DNA from: Anaerolineaceae bacterium
Lineage (GTDB): Bacteria; Chloroflexota; Anaerolineae; Anaerolineales; Anaerolineaceae
Direction: 5' to 3'
Length of the DNA stretch: 64,000 nt
Assembly (NCBI GenBank): GCA_034430195.1
Contig: DAOUFF010000049.1
Location: 10,271-74,270 of the forward strand
Numbering within the stretch: the first letter of the stretch is position 1; each line of letters starts with the position of its first letter. The position numbers and the translations under genes were made by a program. The notes beneath the pieces were generated by a model. That model saw only the letters and a list, made by a program, of their open reading frames with translations. It was not told where the DNA came from and did not search any database. Below are positions 1 to 9,841 of this stretch, one piece after another.

Positions 1-1851
1 CTCTGCCAGCAAGGGCACAAAAACGCTAGCATTGGGTTCCAAATTGTCAGCCTGCATCTGTGCGATATAGGCGATATCTATCTTGGCAGGGGCTGCTTCG
101 ATCAGGGAGGTGATTCGGTCGGCACGGAAGCCATAGTCCCAGTCGGTGGTGATCAGGTAAGGATACGCCGCTGACACTACCGGATTATTGGCAGTTACAA
201 TGTAGCCCTCGGGCGGGTTAAAGGCGTATGGCTGCGCCTCAAACGGGACGAAACCAGTCCATTCATAGGCGTCCGTCCAACCCGGTACGGGCAGACTGCC
301 GTCGCCTCCGGCACGAATGGGGGTATTGCCGGGCATTTGGTAGCCAATGTTGCCATCGACATCCGCATAGACCAGATTTTGAGCAGGCACCTGGAACTTG
401 CTGGCTGCAATGCGGAATTCCTCCCAATTTTGCGCTTTATCCAGGCCCCAAATGGCGTTAAAAATACTTGAAGGGGATAAGGCGGTCCACTGAAGCGCGA
501 TGGCGTAATTGGCTGGGAGGTCGATGCCGCTATTTTCGCGGAATGGCACAAAGTCGTCTTTTTCATATGCGTTTTGGTCCATCAAGGCAGCGAAACTGTC
601 CGAGATGATCGGGCCATGCCGCGAAACCCGGATGGTGATCGTCACCGGATCGGCGCTGCCGGTATTGAAGGTTTCGCTGCGGGTTTCAAAATCTACCCAC
701 TCGCCGTTCACTTCATATTGATTGGGGTTGTCGGGGTTTACTTTTTCAATGTAGAGATCCATAACATCAGTGCCGACGTTGGTATAACCCCACGCAATGC
801 GCTCATTGTGGCCGATCACCACTCCCGGAACGCCGGCAAATGAAAAACCGGAAACATCAAACTGGCAGTCCGCATTTCTGGAGGTACAATGCAGCCCCAG
901 CTGATACCAGATGGAGGGCATTTGGATGCCCAGATGCGGGTCATTGGCCAGCAGGGGTTTGCCGGTATCGGTAAGGCTGCCAGAAACAACCCAGGAATTC
1001 GATCCAATTCCGTCGCTGACCCCACTCAAAACGTTTTGAAGCAAAGCGATATTGTGCGCGGCGCTGGTGTAATCCAGAGATTGAGCCAGGGCCTGTGCCT
1101 GAGGTGCCAGGCTACCCAGGCTGGCAGGGGTGCCCGCCAGCTGGTTGACAATGACCGGCTTTTCCGGGTCATAAGCCGGGTACAGCTCAGCCAGCTGTTC
1201 TGGTGAGAGTGTTTTGAGCAGCAGTGCGCGTTCAATCTCATCGTCCATATTCCCGCACAGGTCCATGGCAATGACCTTGCCCCAGGTCAAACTGTTGACC
1301 GGTGACCAGGGAGCGACCTGATAATCCGGACTGAGCAGCCCCAATACTGCGTATTCAAGGCTGAGGGCGCTGCCGGAATGGTCTTTGAGATAGGCGTTCA
1401 CGCCATCCGCATAGGCCTGCAAAATCAGGCGCGAATCGGGGTCTGCGGTCTCCCATTCCACCTCGGCTGTGCGGCCCCAGCCCAGAGTTCGCAGGAAGGC
1501 GTCAGTTTCCAATTGGCTTTTTCCAAACATTTCGCTGAGCGTGCCCGCACCAATGTGCCGCCAGGCATCCATCTGCCAAAAGCGGTCCTGAGCGTGAACG
1601 TAACCCTGGGCAAAAAACAGGTCATGTGTGTTTTCGGCGTATACCTGTGGGACTCCCATCTCGTCCCGATAGATCTCCACCGGCGCCTGCAGACCGCTGA
1701 GCGAAATTTCACCATCTGTCTGCGGGAAAGACAGCTGGGCCACTTTGCCCGGGAGGTAGCTCTTGAAATAGTAAAGCGCGGTACCCGCCGCGATGACCAC
1801 GAGTGCGATCAATATCAGAAAGATGTTTTTAAATAGCTTTTGTTTTTTCAT
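1..1851 (-). CDS. Penicillin acylase family protein (Ntn hydrolase, S45); C-terminus lies beyond the window start
   Basis: Absent from the ORF track because there is no in-window stop. My translation of the reverse strand from ATG 1851-1849 reads MKKQKLFKNIFLILIALVVIAAG (signal anchor) ... FFAQGYVHAQDRFWQMD ... GIGSNSWVVSG (Ntn-type Ser) ... LLANDPHLG. The frame stays open for 617 codons to base 1. Confidence 0.85.
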   Translation of the reverse strand, partial: MKKQKLFKNIFLILIALVVIAAGTALYYFKSYLPGKVAQLSFPQTDGEISLSGLQAPVEIYRDEMGVPQVYAENTHDLFFAQGYVHAQDRFWQMDAWRHIGAGTLSEMFGKSQLETDAFLRTLGWGRTAEVEWETADPDSRLILQAYADGVNAYLKDHSGSALSLEYAVLGLLSPDYQVAPWSPVNSLTWGKVIAMDLCGNMDDEIERALLLKTLSPEQLAELYPAYDPEKPVIVNQLAGTPASLGSLAPQAQALAQSLDYTSAAHNIALLQNVLSGVSDGIGSNSWVVSGSLTDTGKPLLANDPHLGIQMPSIWYQLGLHCTSRNADCQFDVSGFSFAGVPGVVIGHNERIAWGYTNVGTDVMDLYIEKVNPDNPNQYEVNGEWVDFETRSETFNTGSADPVTITIRVSRHGPIISDSFAALMDQNAYEKDDFVPFRENSGIDLPANYAIALQWTALSPSSIFNAIWGLDKAQNWEEFRIAASKFQVPAQNLVYADVDGNIGYQMPGNTPIRAGGDGSLPVPGWTDAYEWTGFVPFEAQPYAFNPPEGYIVTANNPVVSAAYPYLITTDWDYGFRADRITSLIEAAPAKIDIAYIAQMQADNLEPNASVFVPLLAE

Positions 1852-2263
1852 GATTGCTCCAAGTCTGTTTGAAAATTAATGGATTGGGATGAGCTGCAGC
1901 AAGCCTGCAAAATGGCTGGCTCGGGCTAACGGGGAGTAGATTCCCTGCCTTGCTGTTTGAGCTGGTTTCGCTGAACCAGCAGGAGAAGTGCCCAGTTGCT
2001 CCGAGTGTCAAAATCAGGCATGCGGGCTGCTGGCGAAGTAAACCGTACCCGTCCAGGTGTAGGGCCAGGCTGAGTGCACACGCCGAACCCGATCTTGCCC
2101 GCAGCAGCCGTGGGTGCAGCTTCGCTCAGGTGCAAATCTCGCGAGAATACTTTAAAACTTTGCGGCATTTTTTAACAAACACTGTTTACGGCGGAAAGTT
2201 CCGGGGCTCCGAAGCCATGATGGCAGGCATCAAGCTGCCGCTGCAGGCGCAGGGCCTTGCAAC

Positions 2264-2304
2264 AAAAAAATAATGGGCAGAAAGTAAGCTTTGGCTGCCC
2301 TTTT
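2264..2304. terminator. Terminator-like hairpin with bidirectional geometry, just upstream of the MFS gene
   Basis: A-run 2264-2270. Stem GGGCAG (2275-2280)+AAAG pairs with CTTT+GG bulge+CTGCCC (2295-2300), followed by TTTT 2301-2304. It lies 26 nt before TTG 2330 and 68 nt before ATG 2372. Confidence 0.4.
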
Positions 2305-2371
2305 GGCTGGAAGCCGGTAAAATTGGAGCTTGCAGTATGTGCGCACCAGGCGCGCTGGCGGATATTTGAAG

Positions 2372-3586
2372 ATGAACCCAGACCAAAAAGCCCGCAAAAC
2401 GCGGCTCAACCTTTTTAGACTGTTTTTCCTGCTTTTTTTCGGCGGGATGGGTGCCATCATTCCTTTCCTCACCCTGCATTTCCGCGAAATCGGCTTCAGT
2501 GGTGTTCAAATCAGCACATTGATGATGTCGAGCTCGCTGGTTTTGATTTTGGGTGCCCCTCAGTACGGCCTGCTCTACGACAAGTCTGAGCGGAAGCGCT
2601 TGATTACGGTTATTTCCATCCTACTGGTGATGGCCTGCGTCGTCAGCATGATTTATGTGAGCGCCTTTGCTGTGGTGCTGATCTTGTGGACCGTCCAGCG
2701 GGCGGTGAACTCCTCGGAAATCTCAGCTCTCGAAAACCTATCCTTTCAGGTTGCCGACCAGGCTGAGACTGGCCGCAATGGTTTTGGATCGGTGCGGCTG
2801 TGGGGCTCTCTTGGCTTTGCCGCAATGGCACTGGCAGGCGGCTGGATCTATCAGAACCGTGACATCAGCGTAAATGGAGCAGTGTTCGCCGCACTGCTGG
2901 CGGCCAGCATCCTGGCTTTCATGACATTGCCCGAAGACGTGTTCAAAAAGCACACACAGACAGCTGCCGAAGAGCCGCTTCCGATACAAGGTGTACTCAA
3001 GCTGATCCTGCGCGACCGGTATCTTTGGCTGACGGTGGTGGCGCTGGCACTGACCGATACCTTGCAGGATGGCGTGCGCTCCTTCGAGCCGCTTTTCATG
3101 CAAGACTTGGGCCTGCCAGAGGCTGCCATCGGGCTGGCCTCCACCCTGAGCGCGCTGGGAGAGGTGCCAATAATGCTGGCGGCTGACCGCCTGATTCATA
3201 AGTTTGGCATCTCGAATGTGGTTCTGTTCATTTTTGGCTTTGATATCACCCGCCGGCTGTTGGTGTGGTTTTTCCCGCTGCCCGGGCTGGTGTTTGTCTT
3301 GAGCGTGCTGACCTGTGTCAGCTTTACCCTGCGCCTGGTCTGCACAGTGAGCCTGGTCAATAGCCGCCTGCCGGGCCGATATACCACCACCGCCATGGCA
3401 TTTGTTGCGATTACATTGTTTGGTTTGGGCTATATCTTCAGCAATGCGGTGAGCGGCCAGCTTTACGACCTTTTTGGCGGCCGGCCACTTTATCTTTTTA
3501 GCGCTGGGCTCGGTTTGTTCTCGCTCGTTTTAGCCTTAAGTGCCCGCCGCTACGAAAAGCAGCCAGCAATTCCATCTGCGGGTTGA
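2372..3586 (+). CDS. MFS transporter (substrate unknown)
   Basis: Track ORF 2330..3586 starts at a TTG; I prefer ATG 2372 (MNPDQKARK). Multiple hydrophobic helices such as LFRLFFLLFFGGMGAIIPFLTLHF give a 12-TM-like layout. Confidence 0.75.
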   Translation: MNPDQKARKTRLNLFRLFFLLFFGGMGAIIPFLTLHFREIGFSGVQISTLMMSSSLVLILGAPQYGLLYDKSERKRLITVISILLVMACVVSMIYVSAFAVVLILWTVQRAVNSSEISALENLSFQVADQAETGRNGFGSVRLWGSLGFAAMALAGGWIYQNRDISVNGAVFAALLAASILAFMTLPEDVFKKHTQTAAEEPLPIQGVLKLILRDRYLWLTVVALALTDTLQDGVRSFEPLFMQDLGLPEAAIGLASTLSALGEVPIMLAADRLIHKFGISNVVLFIFGFDITRRLLVWFFPLPGLVFVLSVLTCVSFTLRLVCTVSLVNSRLPGRYTTTAMAFVAITLFGLGYIFSNAVSGQLYDLFGGRPLYLFSAGLGLFSLVLALSARRYEKQPAIPSAG

Positions 3587-3779
3587 AGCAGAAACTGCTG
3601 TGCCGGAACGCCTGGGAGAGGTTTTTTCTGGTGGCCGACGGATCCAGTATTAGATTATTAAACAGGCCTAATAAAAGGTTTGAGAATAGTTAAGTGGACA
3701 AGAATAATTGCACAGAAATATAAACAGAGACCAAATCACCTGTCACTTAAGATAAGTAATACCGCCAAAAGGAGCTGCA

Positions 3780-4265
3780 ATGATCACTATTTCAGAATAT
3801 CAACAAATGCTTGCCTTGGAGCAGGAAATTGTGCATGCCCAAACCGCTAAAATGACCAAGGAGGAATTCCTGATGCAGCCGGCGCTAGGTGGCAACTGTA
3901 TGCTGTGGGTTTTGGCGCATTTGGCTGACAACCTGCGCGAAATTCAAAAGATTCTGGGCGCTGACCCAGTGCAAGGGACAGAAATTTTGGACCGCTTCAA
4001 ACGCGGATCTGAACCGGTGCGCAGCCCGGAGCCTGGTCTGCCTAGCGGTGCAGAAGTGTTGGCGGTTTATGACCATCTCCACCAAGCCCTCACCGCCCGG
4101 CTGAGCGCCATGACCTTGGCTGACTTTGATGACCAGATTCTCATGCAAGGCAGCCAGGCGCGGCGTGGTTGGGCCGCTTTTTTCTACATCTTCCATCATT
4201 CTTATCATGTCGGCCAACTGGAATACCTGCGCAATCTGGCTGGCCATACTGAAAAAATCATCTGA
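3780..4265 (+). CDS. DinB-superfamily (DinB_2-like) metal-dependent protein
   Basis: 161 aa with a four-helix DinB-like pattern and His motifs (WVLAHLADNL ... FHHSYHVGQLEYLRNL). RBS aaaggag lies 6 nt upstream, and the upstream region 3587-3779 is AT-rich. Confidence 0.75.
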   Translation: MITISEYQQMLALEQEIVHAQTAKMTKEEFLMQPALGGNCMLWVLAHLADNLREIQKILGADPVQGTEILDRFKRGSEPVRSPEPGLPSGAEVLAVYDHLHQALTARLSAMTLADFDDQILMQGSQARRGWAAFFYIFHHSYHVGQLEYLRNLAGHTEKII

Positions 4266-4372
4266 CAGCCCACATGGGTAGCTGCTTTGCATTAGCTATA
4301 AAGGCTGTGGGAATGCACAAGCGCCCGCCCGCTTTGGGGTATGATTTTGGAAAACTTTTCAGGAGATGCTCT

Positions 4373-5224
4373 GTGATCAAAATAATCACCGACAGCACGT
4401 GCGATATCCCCGCCGAGCTGATCGAAAAATATGGGATTGATGTTGTCCCTTGCTATTTAATTTGGGGAAATGAACAGTACCGAGATCGGGTAGACCTGCA
4501 GCCGGAAGAATTTTACCGTCGAATTGAAGCTAACCTTTCTGACCGGCCGACTTCTTCTCAGCCTTTGGCATCTGACTTTGCCCGTTCGTTTCAGAAGGCT
4601 TTTGAGGGCGGCGCTTCAGCTGCGGTTTGCCTGACGATCAGTTCGGCAATGAGCGGAACCTTTCAGTCCGCAACCATTGCAGCGCAGGATGCACCCTTGC
4701 CAGTTCAGGTGATCGACTCGCATGGCCCGACAATGATGCTCGGATGGCAGGTATTGGCTGCTGCGCGGGCTGCCGAGAAAGGCGCTGATTTGGCGGAGGT
4801 TGTTCAGGCGGCTGAGCAGGTATTCAAAAGTATCACCTTGCTGGTTGCTTTGGAAAGCATGTCCTTTTTAGAATCGGGCGGGCGCGTCGGTGATGCTGTT
4901 CGCTGGTTGGGGAAAACCCTTTCCATTAAACCTTTGGTGGCCGTCAGCCGTTCAAGCGGCAAAGTGGTGCCAGTGGCGCTGATGCGCACGCACAAGGCGC
5001 TGGTCGAAGGGCTGCTGAAGCACTTTTTGGAGAGTATGCGCGGTTTTTCAAAGGTATATGTGGCTGTCATGCACGGCGACGCTTTGGCTGAAGCACAGCA
5101 GCTGGCCGCGCGTTTGGCGGCAGAACTCAACCCGGCTGAGCTGATCATTCAAATCACCGGCCCGGTATTGGGCCTCAATACCGGCCCGCAGGCTTTGGCA
5201 GTCTGTGGTTATGGTGAAGATTGA
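4373..5224 (+). CDS. DegV family fatty-acid-binding protein
   Basis: VIKIITDSTCDIPAELIEKYGIDVVPCYLIWGNEQYRD is a typical DegV N-terminus. GTG 4373 is preceded by AGGAGA (4361-4366); the track ORF is extended to ATG 4274. Confidence 0.85.
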   Translation: MIKIITDSTCDIPAELIEKYGIDVVPCYLIWGNEQYRDRVDLQPEEFYRRIEANLSDRPTSSQPLASDFARSFQKAFEGGASAAVCLTISSAMSGTFQSATIAAQDAPLPVQVIDSHGPTMMLGWQVLAAARAAEKGADLAEVVQAAEQVFKSITLLVALESMSFLESGGRVGDAVRWLGKTLSIKPLVAVSRSSGKVVPVALMRTHKALVEGLLKHFLESMRGFSKVYVAVMHGDALAEAQQLAARLAAELNPAELIIQITGPVLGLNTGPQALAVCGYGED

Positions 5225-5229
5225 GCGCG

Positions 5230-6462
5230 ATGACTTCACCAGCGTCATCTTCTCCATCGAGACCCCAGACCGGCCGCCCTATCGGTCTGATTTCATTGAT
5301 TTTTTTGGCCTTCATTGCCCTGGGCATGCCCGATGGCTTGCTTGGCGTAGGCTGGCCTTCCATCCGGGCTGGTTTCGGCATCCCCCTCGAAGCTTTAGGC
5401 GTGCTCTTGTTTACGTCCATGGTGGGTTACCTCACCTCCAGTTTCTTGAGCGGCATGCTAATGCGGCGCTGGGGGGTGGGCCGGCTGCTGATCGCCAGCT
5501 GCCTGCTGACAGCGGCCGGCCTGGCGGGTTATACCCTGGTACCGCAGTGGTGGATGATGGTTTTGCTGGGTGTGATCTCCGGGTTGGGTGCCGGGGCGAT
5601 TGATTCGGGCTTGAATGCCTATGTGGCAAACCACTTTGGACCCGGCCTGATGCAGTGGCTGCATGCCAGTTATGGGGTGGGTGTAACCACCGGCCCGCTG
5701 ATGATGACGTTTGCCTTGGCCAATTACCAAAACTGGCGGCTGGCTTATCTGGCTGTGGGCGGATTTCAGGTGCTGCTCGCGCTCAGTTTTGTGATCTCGC
5801 TGCCGCTTTGGGAACGCGTGCCAGCCCGGGGGGAAGCCCAAACTTTGCCGGCATCTGCTGCTGCGCCCTGGGCAAACACGCTGCGCCAACGGCGGGTGTG
5901 GGCCAGCATGGCTTTGTTTTTCTTTTATGTCGGAGCCGAGGTGACCTTTGGGTCATGGGTTTATTCGCTTCTGACCGAAAGCCGTGGGGTAAGCCCGCAG
6001 CTGGCGGGGTATCTGACCAGCAGTTTCTGGTTTATGTTTACCGTCGGTAGAATTTTAGCGGGCTTGTTGACCCGGCACATCAACGTGCGCGCGTTGGTCA
6101 AAGGGTGCATATTAACCGGACTGGCTGGCGCCGTGGTTTTGGCTTTAGATTTTGGCGTCTGGGCGAACCTGGCAGCAGCCAGCCTGATTGGGCTGGCATT
6201 TGCGCCGGTCTACCCGGGGATGATGTCAGGCACGTTGGGCCGGGTGGGCCGCGAACACTCAGACAGCTCGGTCGGGATGCAGGCAGCTGCCGGCTCACTG
6301 GGCGCAACCGGCCTGACCAGCCTGGTCGGTGTGCTCGCGCGCAGTTTTAGCCTGGAGGTTGTTCCGATTCTGCTGATTATTTTCTTGCTTTGTCTGTTGG
6401 GAGTCTACTTGCTGGTCGAGCATAAAGGCCCGCGCGACCCGCTGCTTTCTGATTTGGAATAG
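5230..6462 (+). CDS. MFS transporter (sugar/FucP-like subfamily appearance)
   Basis: [39 protein letters not shown] plus about 12 TM helices. The track start is TTG 5221; ATG 5230 is 6 nt after the degV stop. Confidence 0.75.
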   Translation: MTSPASSSPSRPQTGRPIGLISLIFLAFIALGMPDGLLGVGWPSIRAGFGIPLEALGVLLFTSMVGYLTSSFLSGMLMRRWGVGRLLIASCLLTAAGLAGYTLVPQWWMMVLLGVISGLGAGAIDSGLNAYVANHFGPGLMQWLHASYGVGVTTGPLMMTFALANYQNWRLAYLAVGGFQVLLALSFVISLPLWERVPARGEAQTLPASAAAPWANTLRQRRVWASMALFFFYVGAEVTFGSWVYSLLTESRGVSPQLAGYLTSSFWFMFTVGRILAGLLTRHINVRALVKGCILTGLAGAVVLALDFGVWANLAAASLIGLAFAPVYPGMMSGTLGRVGREHSDSSVGMQAAAGSLGATGLTSLVGVLARSFSLEVVPILLIIFLLCLLGVYLLVEHKGPRDPLLSDLE

Positions 6463-6543
6463 AGCCTCTGGCCGCTTGGATGGCGGCCTGCTTTCGGCTG
6501 GTCATCAGACCGCCGGGTTAAGCCTTCCGAAAAACCCTTGCGG

Positions 6544-6549
6544 TATAAT
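6544..6549 (+). promoter_or_regulatory. Candidate -10 box for kbl
   Basis: Perfect TATAAT 31 nt upstream of ATG 6581, with AGAGG RBS at 6571-6575. No convincing -35 element. Confidence 0.3.
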
Positions 6550-6580
6550 CACTTTAAACTCACCAAAAACAGAGGCACTG

Positions 6581-7762
6581 ATGACAGATCACTTAAGCTG
6601 GATTGACGATGAACTTAAAAACCTGAGGGAAACCGGCTTCTATAACACCATTCGCACCTTGAGTTCGCCTCAGGGCGCACATGTGGTGGTAGACGGCAAA
6701 AATGTGCTCAACTTTTGCTCCAATAATTACCTCGGGCTGGCCAACCACCCACGCATCATCGCTGCAGCAGAAGCAGCCATGCAAAAGTACGGCTTGGGTC
6801 CGGGCGCAGTGCGCTCCATCGCTGGCACGATGACATTGCATTTGGAGTTGGAAAAGCGGATGGCGGAGTTTAAACATGTTGAAGCCGCCGTCACTTTCCA
6901 ATCCGGCTTTGCGGCCAATGGGGCAGCAATCCCGGCCCTGGTCGGCAAAGAAGATGTTATTTTTTCGGATGAATTGAACCATGCCAGTATCATCGATGGC
7001 TCGCGCCTTTCGGGTGCTCGGATCATCCGCTACGCGCACTGCGATCCGCAGGATCTGGATCGGGTGGTGCGAGAAGCTGCCGGCTCTTATCGGCGTGGCC
7101 TGGTGATCAGTGATGGTGTTTTCTCTATGGATGGCGATTTCGCCCCGCTGGATCAGCTGGTAGAAGTGGCGGAGCGCTACGGTTTGATGACCATGGTGGA
7201 TGACGCTCACGGTGAAGGGGTCTTGGGTGAAGGTGGGCGCGGCATTGTGGACCACTTCAAATTGCATGGCCGGGTGGATGTGGAAGTAGGCACATTCTCG
7301 AAGGCCTTTGGCGTGGTTGGCGGCGTGGTGGCTGGCAGCGGGCGCGTGGTCGAGTGGCTGCGTCAGCGCGGCCGGCCGTTCCTCTTCTCTTCAGCCGTCA
7401 CCGTAGCAGATACGGCGGCTTGTTTGGCGGCGGTGGACCTGCTGGAAGAATCCACAGAGCTGGTAGACCGACTGTGGGCAAATGCGCGCTTCTTCCAGCG
7501 CGAAATGAAAAATTTGGGCTTCGATACCGGAGCGACGCAAACCCCCATCACCCCAGTGATGCTGGGTGACGTGCAGCTGGCCCGTCAGTTCAGCAAGCAG
7601 CTTTTTGAAGAAGGACTGTTTGCCAGTGCGCTCGGTTTCCCAACTGTTCCAATGGGCAAAGCCCGCATTCGGGTGATGATTTCAGCAGCTCACAGCCAGC
7701 AGGATCTGGAAGAAGCCCTCGAAATCTTCAGCCGGGTTGGCCGGCAGCTCGGCGTCAAGTAG
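6581..7762 (+). CDS. kbl: Glycine C-acetyltransferase (2-amino-3-ketobutyrate CoA ligase)
   Basis: Near-collinear match to Kbl as I remember it: [45 protein letters not shown] (PLP Lys), [43 protein letters not shown]. Start moved to ATG 6581 (MTDHL). Confidence 0.9.
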   Translation: MTDHLSWIDDELKNLRETGFYNTIRTLSSPQGAHVVVDGKNVLNFCSNNYLGLANHPRIIAAAEAAMQKYGLGPGAVRSIAGTMTLHLELEKRMAEFKHVEAAVTFQSGFAANGAAIPALVGKEDVIFSDELNHASIIDGSRLSGARIIRYAHCDPQDLDRVVREAAGSYRRGLVISDGVFSMDGDFAPLDQLVEVAERYGLMTMVDDAHGEGVLGEGGRGIVDHFKLHGRVDVEVGTFSKAFGVVGGVVAGSGRVVEWLRQRGRPFLFSSAVTVADTAACLAAVDLLEESTELVDRLWANARFFQREMKNLGFDTGATQTPITPVMLGDVQLARQFSKQLFEEGLFASALGFPTVPMGKARIRVMISAAHSQQDLEEALEIFSRVGRQLGVK

Positions 7763-7814
7763 GCATGGCCTGGCCTGGTCGCTGGCCGGCGCCTGGCTTT
7801 AATGACTTCGATGA

Positions 7815-7848
7815 CCCCCGCGGGCATGGCCTGCGGGGGTTTGATTTT
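7815..7848 (+). terminator. Intrinsic terminator of kbl
   Basis: CCCCCGCGGG (7815-7824), loop CATGG, CCTGCGGGGG (7830-7839), i.e. a 10-bp stem including one G-U pair, followed by TTTGATTTT. Confidence 0.55.
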
Positions 7849-7977
7849 AATGAAGCTGAAAATATGCGCGGGGGCCTTGGCGTCCGTCGTCGTCGACGGA
7901 GCAAATTTTGGGTGTAAAAGGCGGCTGCCCTAAAGCGCGGCTGCTTTGAATGGCCTGGGCGAAAGCTTGAGCACCGA

Positions 7978-8766
7978 TCAGGAAAGTTTGCGCTTGCGGT
8001 ACCAGATCCAGACTGGCTGGACGATTTTTCGCAGCCAGTACTTGGCCACGATCGGCGCGAAGGGCTTCCCCCCATCGCGGTAATGTACCCGCAGCATTTC
8101 TGGCCAACAGCGGTCATCAGCAGCAATTGATTTTGCGCCCTCATGCAGGCGGAAGGCCGCCCAGGTCTGGGGAACGTAAACCAGGTCGCCCTCCCGGGCC
8201 AGCCGGGTCCAAAGATCGTAGTCCATGGCGAAGTAGAAACTGACATCCAAAGGAGCCACCTTGCGCCACAAGTCGGCCCTGAAGAATGCGGATTGCTGTG
8301 GAATGTGCACGTAACCGCGCTGCAGGCGGCGCAGGTCGGTCTGTGCGGCCGGAAAGTCGCCAATTTTTTCGCCAGCAGCGTTGATTAGCTGGCAGCCGCC
8401 ATAAACCATGGCTGCTTCAGGGTGGGCTTGCAGCTGGCGCACGGCGGCAGTCACTGCGCCGGGCAGCAGCAGATCGTCCGAATTGATCCAGGCAAAAACC
8501 TCTCCAGTGGCACGTGCGAAGCCTTGATTAATCGCATCGGTCTGGCCTTGGTCCGGTTCAGACTGCCAAAAGCTTAGCCTGGCGGCATAGCGCCGGATGA
8601 TTTCGACGCTGCCATCCGTGGACCCGCCGTCGATGATGATGTATTCCAGGTTGGGGTAGTCTTGCCCGAGTACCGTGAGGATGGTCTCTTCTAGAAAATG
8701 CGCCTGGTTGAACGAAGGCGTCACGATGGAAACTTTGGGCAGGGGGCTGAGTGCTGGCAGGGGCAA
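7978..8766 (-). CDS. Glycosyltransferase family 2 (last gene of the glycan locus)
   Basis: VSIVTPSFNQAHFLEETILTVLGQDYPNLEYIIIDGGSTDGS ... WINSDD. Track ORF 7978..8868 overlaps the upstream gene by 101 nt. TTG 8766-8764 lies 1 nt after the upstream stop (8770-8768) and gives a normal GT2 N-terminus. Confidence 0.8.
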   Translation of the reverse strand: MPLPALSPLPKVSIVTPSFNQAHFLEETILTVLGQDYPNLEYIIIDGGSTDGSVEIIRRYAARLSFWQSEPDQGQTDAINQGFARATGEVFAWINSDDLLLPGAVTAAVRQLQAHPEAAMVYGGCQLINAAGEKIGDFPAAQTDLRRLQRGYVHIPQQSAFFRADLWRKVAPLDVSFYFAMDYDLWTRLAREGDLVYVPQTWAAFRLHEGAKSIAADDRCWPEMLRVHYRDGGKPFAPIVAKYWLRKIVQPVWIWYRKRKLS

Positions 8767-8767
8767 A

Positions 8768-9766
8768 TCAGGCCTTCTTTCGGCGGGCGCCAAGGGAGTG
8801 GCGCATCCGGCGCAGCCAGTCCAGCGGTTTACGCAGGCTGCCCAACCCCAGCGTGCTGAGGGCTGCATAGCTGACCCGGCGCCAGTCGCGCAGGGTTGGC
8901 AGCGGATGATAGCGCAGACTTAGGCGATACATCGCCAGAGAGTCTTTGGGTTTGCCGGCTTCCATCAGGTAGAAAGCATCCAGGCGGTGGGCGCCAGCCC
9001 AAATCTTTTTGCTTAAGCGGGCGCTCGCCGGGTAGAACCTGGCGTCCGAGCCGATCCAGCGTGCCAATTCATAGGCTTCCCGGCCGAAACCTTCGGCTTG
9101 GGCCACGTTTTTTGCACCGGCGTGCATCCGAGCTGCAGCCCAAACGGTGTGAGGGATGTGGCGCGGTTCAGCCAGTGCTGCCAGGCGCAGCCAAAGCTCA
9201 TGGTCCAGCAAATAGTTAAATTCCGGGTTGAGCAGCCCAACTTCTTCCAACGCGCTGCGCCGGATGAAGACAGCGGGCTGGCCGATGATCCGGAAGGTCA
9301 TTAAACCTTTGAGCCCCCATTGGCCGTAGCGCATGCGGTGAAACGTGCGACCATGTTCATCGATCGAATCCACATCGCTGTAAACAAAAGGCGCTTTGGG
9401 GAAGCGTTCCAGCGCCTGCACTGCGCTCAAAACGGCCCCCGGGCGATAAAGATCGTCTGAGTTGAGCCAGGCTACGATTTCGCCGCGAGCCTGTCTCAGG
9501 CCCTTGTTAATCCCATCTGCCTGGCCGGCATCTCGTTCAGAGACCCAGCCGGTCACTCGTTGAGAATACTTGTTCAGGATGCGCAGGCTGCCATCCGTAG
9601 AACCACCATCCATGACCCAGTATTCCAAGTTAGGGTAGCCCTGGTAAAGCACCGACAGAATGGTCTGCTCCAAAAATGCGGCCTGGTTGAAGGACGGGGT
9701 AATGATCGAAACCAAAGGAAGGTCATTCATAGCGTTTATTATACTAATCCGGGATGAAGCGTGCAT
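8768..9766 (-). CDS. Glycosyltransferase family 2 (tandem paralogue)
   Basis: LVSIITPSFNQAAFLEQTILSVLYQGYPNLEYWVMDGGSTDGS ... WLNSDD. Alternative start ATG 9730 (MNDLPLV). Confidence 0.8.
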   Translation of the reverse strand: MHASSRISIINAMNDLPLVSIITPSFNQAAFLEQTILSVLYQGYPNLEYWVMDGGSTDGSLRILNKYSQRVTGWVSERDAGQADGINKGLRQARGEIVAWLNSDDLYRPGAVLSAVQALERFPKAPFVYSDVDSIDEHGRTFHRMRYGQWGLKGLMTFRIIGQPAVFIRRSALEEVGLLNPEFNYLLDHELWLRLAALAEPRHIPHTVWAAARMHAGAKNVAQAEGFGREAYELARWIGSDARFYPASARLSKKIWAGAHRLDAFYLMEAGKPKDSLAMYRLSLRYHPLPTLRDWRRVSYAALSTLGLGSLRKPLDWLRRMRHSLGARRKKA

Positions 9767-9841
9767 TCAAGTGTTTCATCAGGCTTGGGCGCAGCTGTGG
9801 GTGGGTCGGCCGGCCAGTAACTTGGGCGAGCCGCAGCGATT

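Noticed and set aside
1931-1939. GGGGAGTAG, identical to the conserved L1 motif of the yybP-ykoY (Mn2+) riboswitch
   Set aside because: I could not find the partner conserved elements (the TTGACATA-like L3 and the GCAAGACC-like 3' part) in a compatible arrangement. The motif is also about 400 nt from the MFS start, and an MFS gene is not a typical regulated gene for this riboswitch.
2069-2110. GGCTGAGTGCACACGCCGAACCCGATCTTGCCCGCAGCAG loosely resembles the TPP riboswitch core (CTGAGA ... ACCTGATC ... GCG)
   Set aside because: There are several mismatches at invariant positions, and no thiamine-related gene lies downstream.
2193-2210. GGAAAGTTCCGGGGCTCC resembles the RNase P RNA P4 5'-strand (GGAAAGTCCGGGCTCC)
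   Set aside because: It differs from the consensus by two inserted bases. Only about 140-180 nt remain before the MFS coding region. The only ACAGAACCCGGCTTA-like segment (CGCCGAACCCGATCTT, about 2081-2096) lies upstream rather than downstream, so the order is wrong for RNase P RNA.
1950-2273. 107-aa plus-strand ORF filling the acylase/MFS intergenic region
   Set aside because: The composition is Arg/Cys/Ser-rich, there is no RBS, and no recognisable domain. It looks like a chance ORF in GC-rich DNA. Only its last 18 codons are mentioned, as a possible leader peptide.
7755-8363. 202-aa minus-strand ORF spanning the kbl/GT2 intergenic region and the GT2 3' end
   Set aside because: It is out of frame with, and overlaps, the well-supported GT2 gene. 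The sequence is Pro/Arg/Ser/Thr-rich and low in complexity, typical of a shadow ORF.
8768-8868. The 101-nt overlap between the two GT2 ORFs, as a possible frameshifted or pseudogenised junction
   Set aside because: It is explained by the longest-ORF convention of the track. An in-frame TTG directly after the upstream stop gives a normal GT2 N-terminus.
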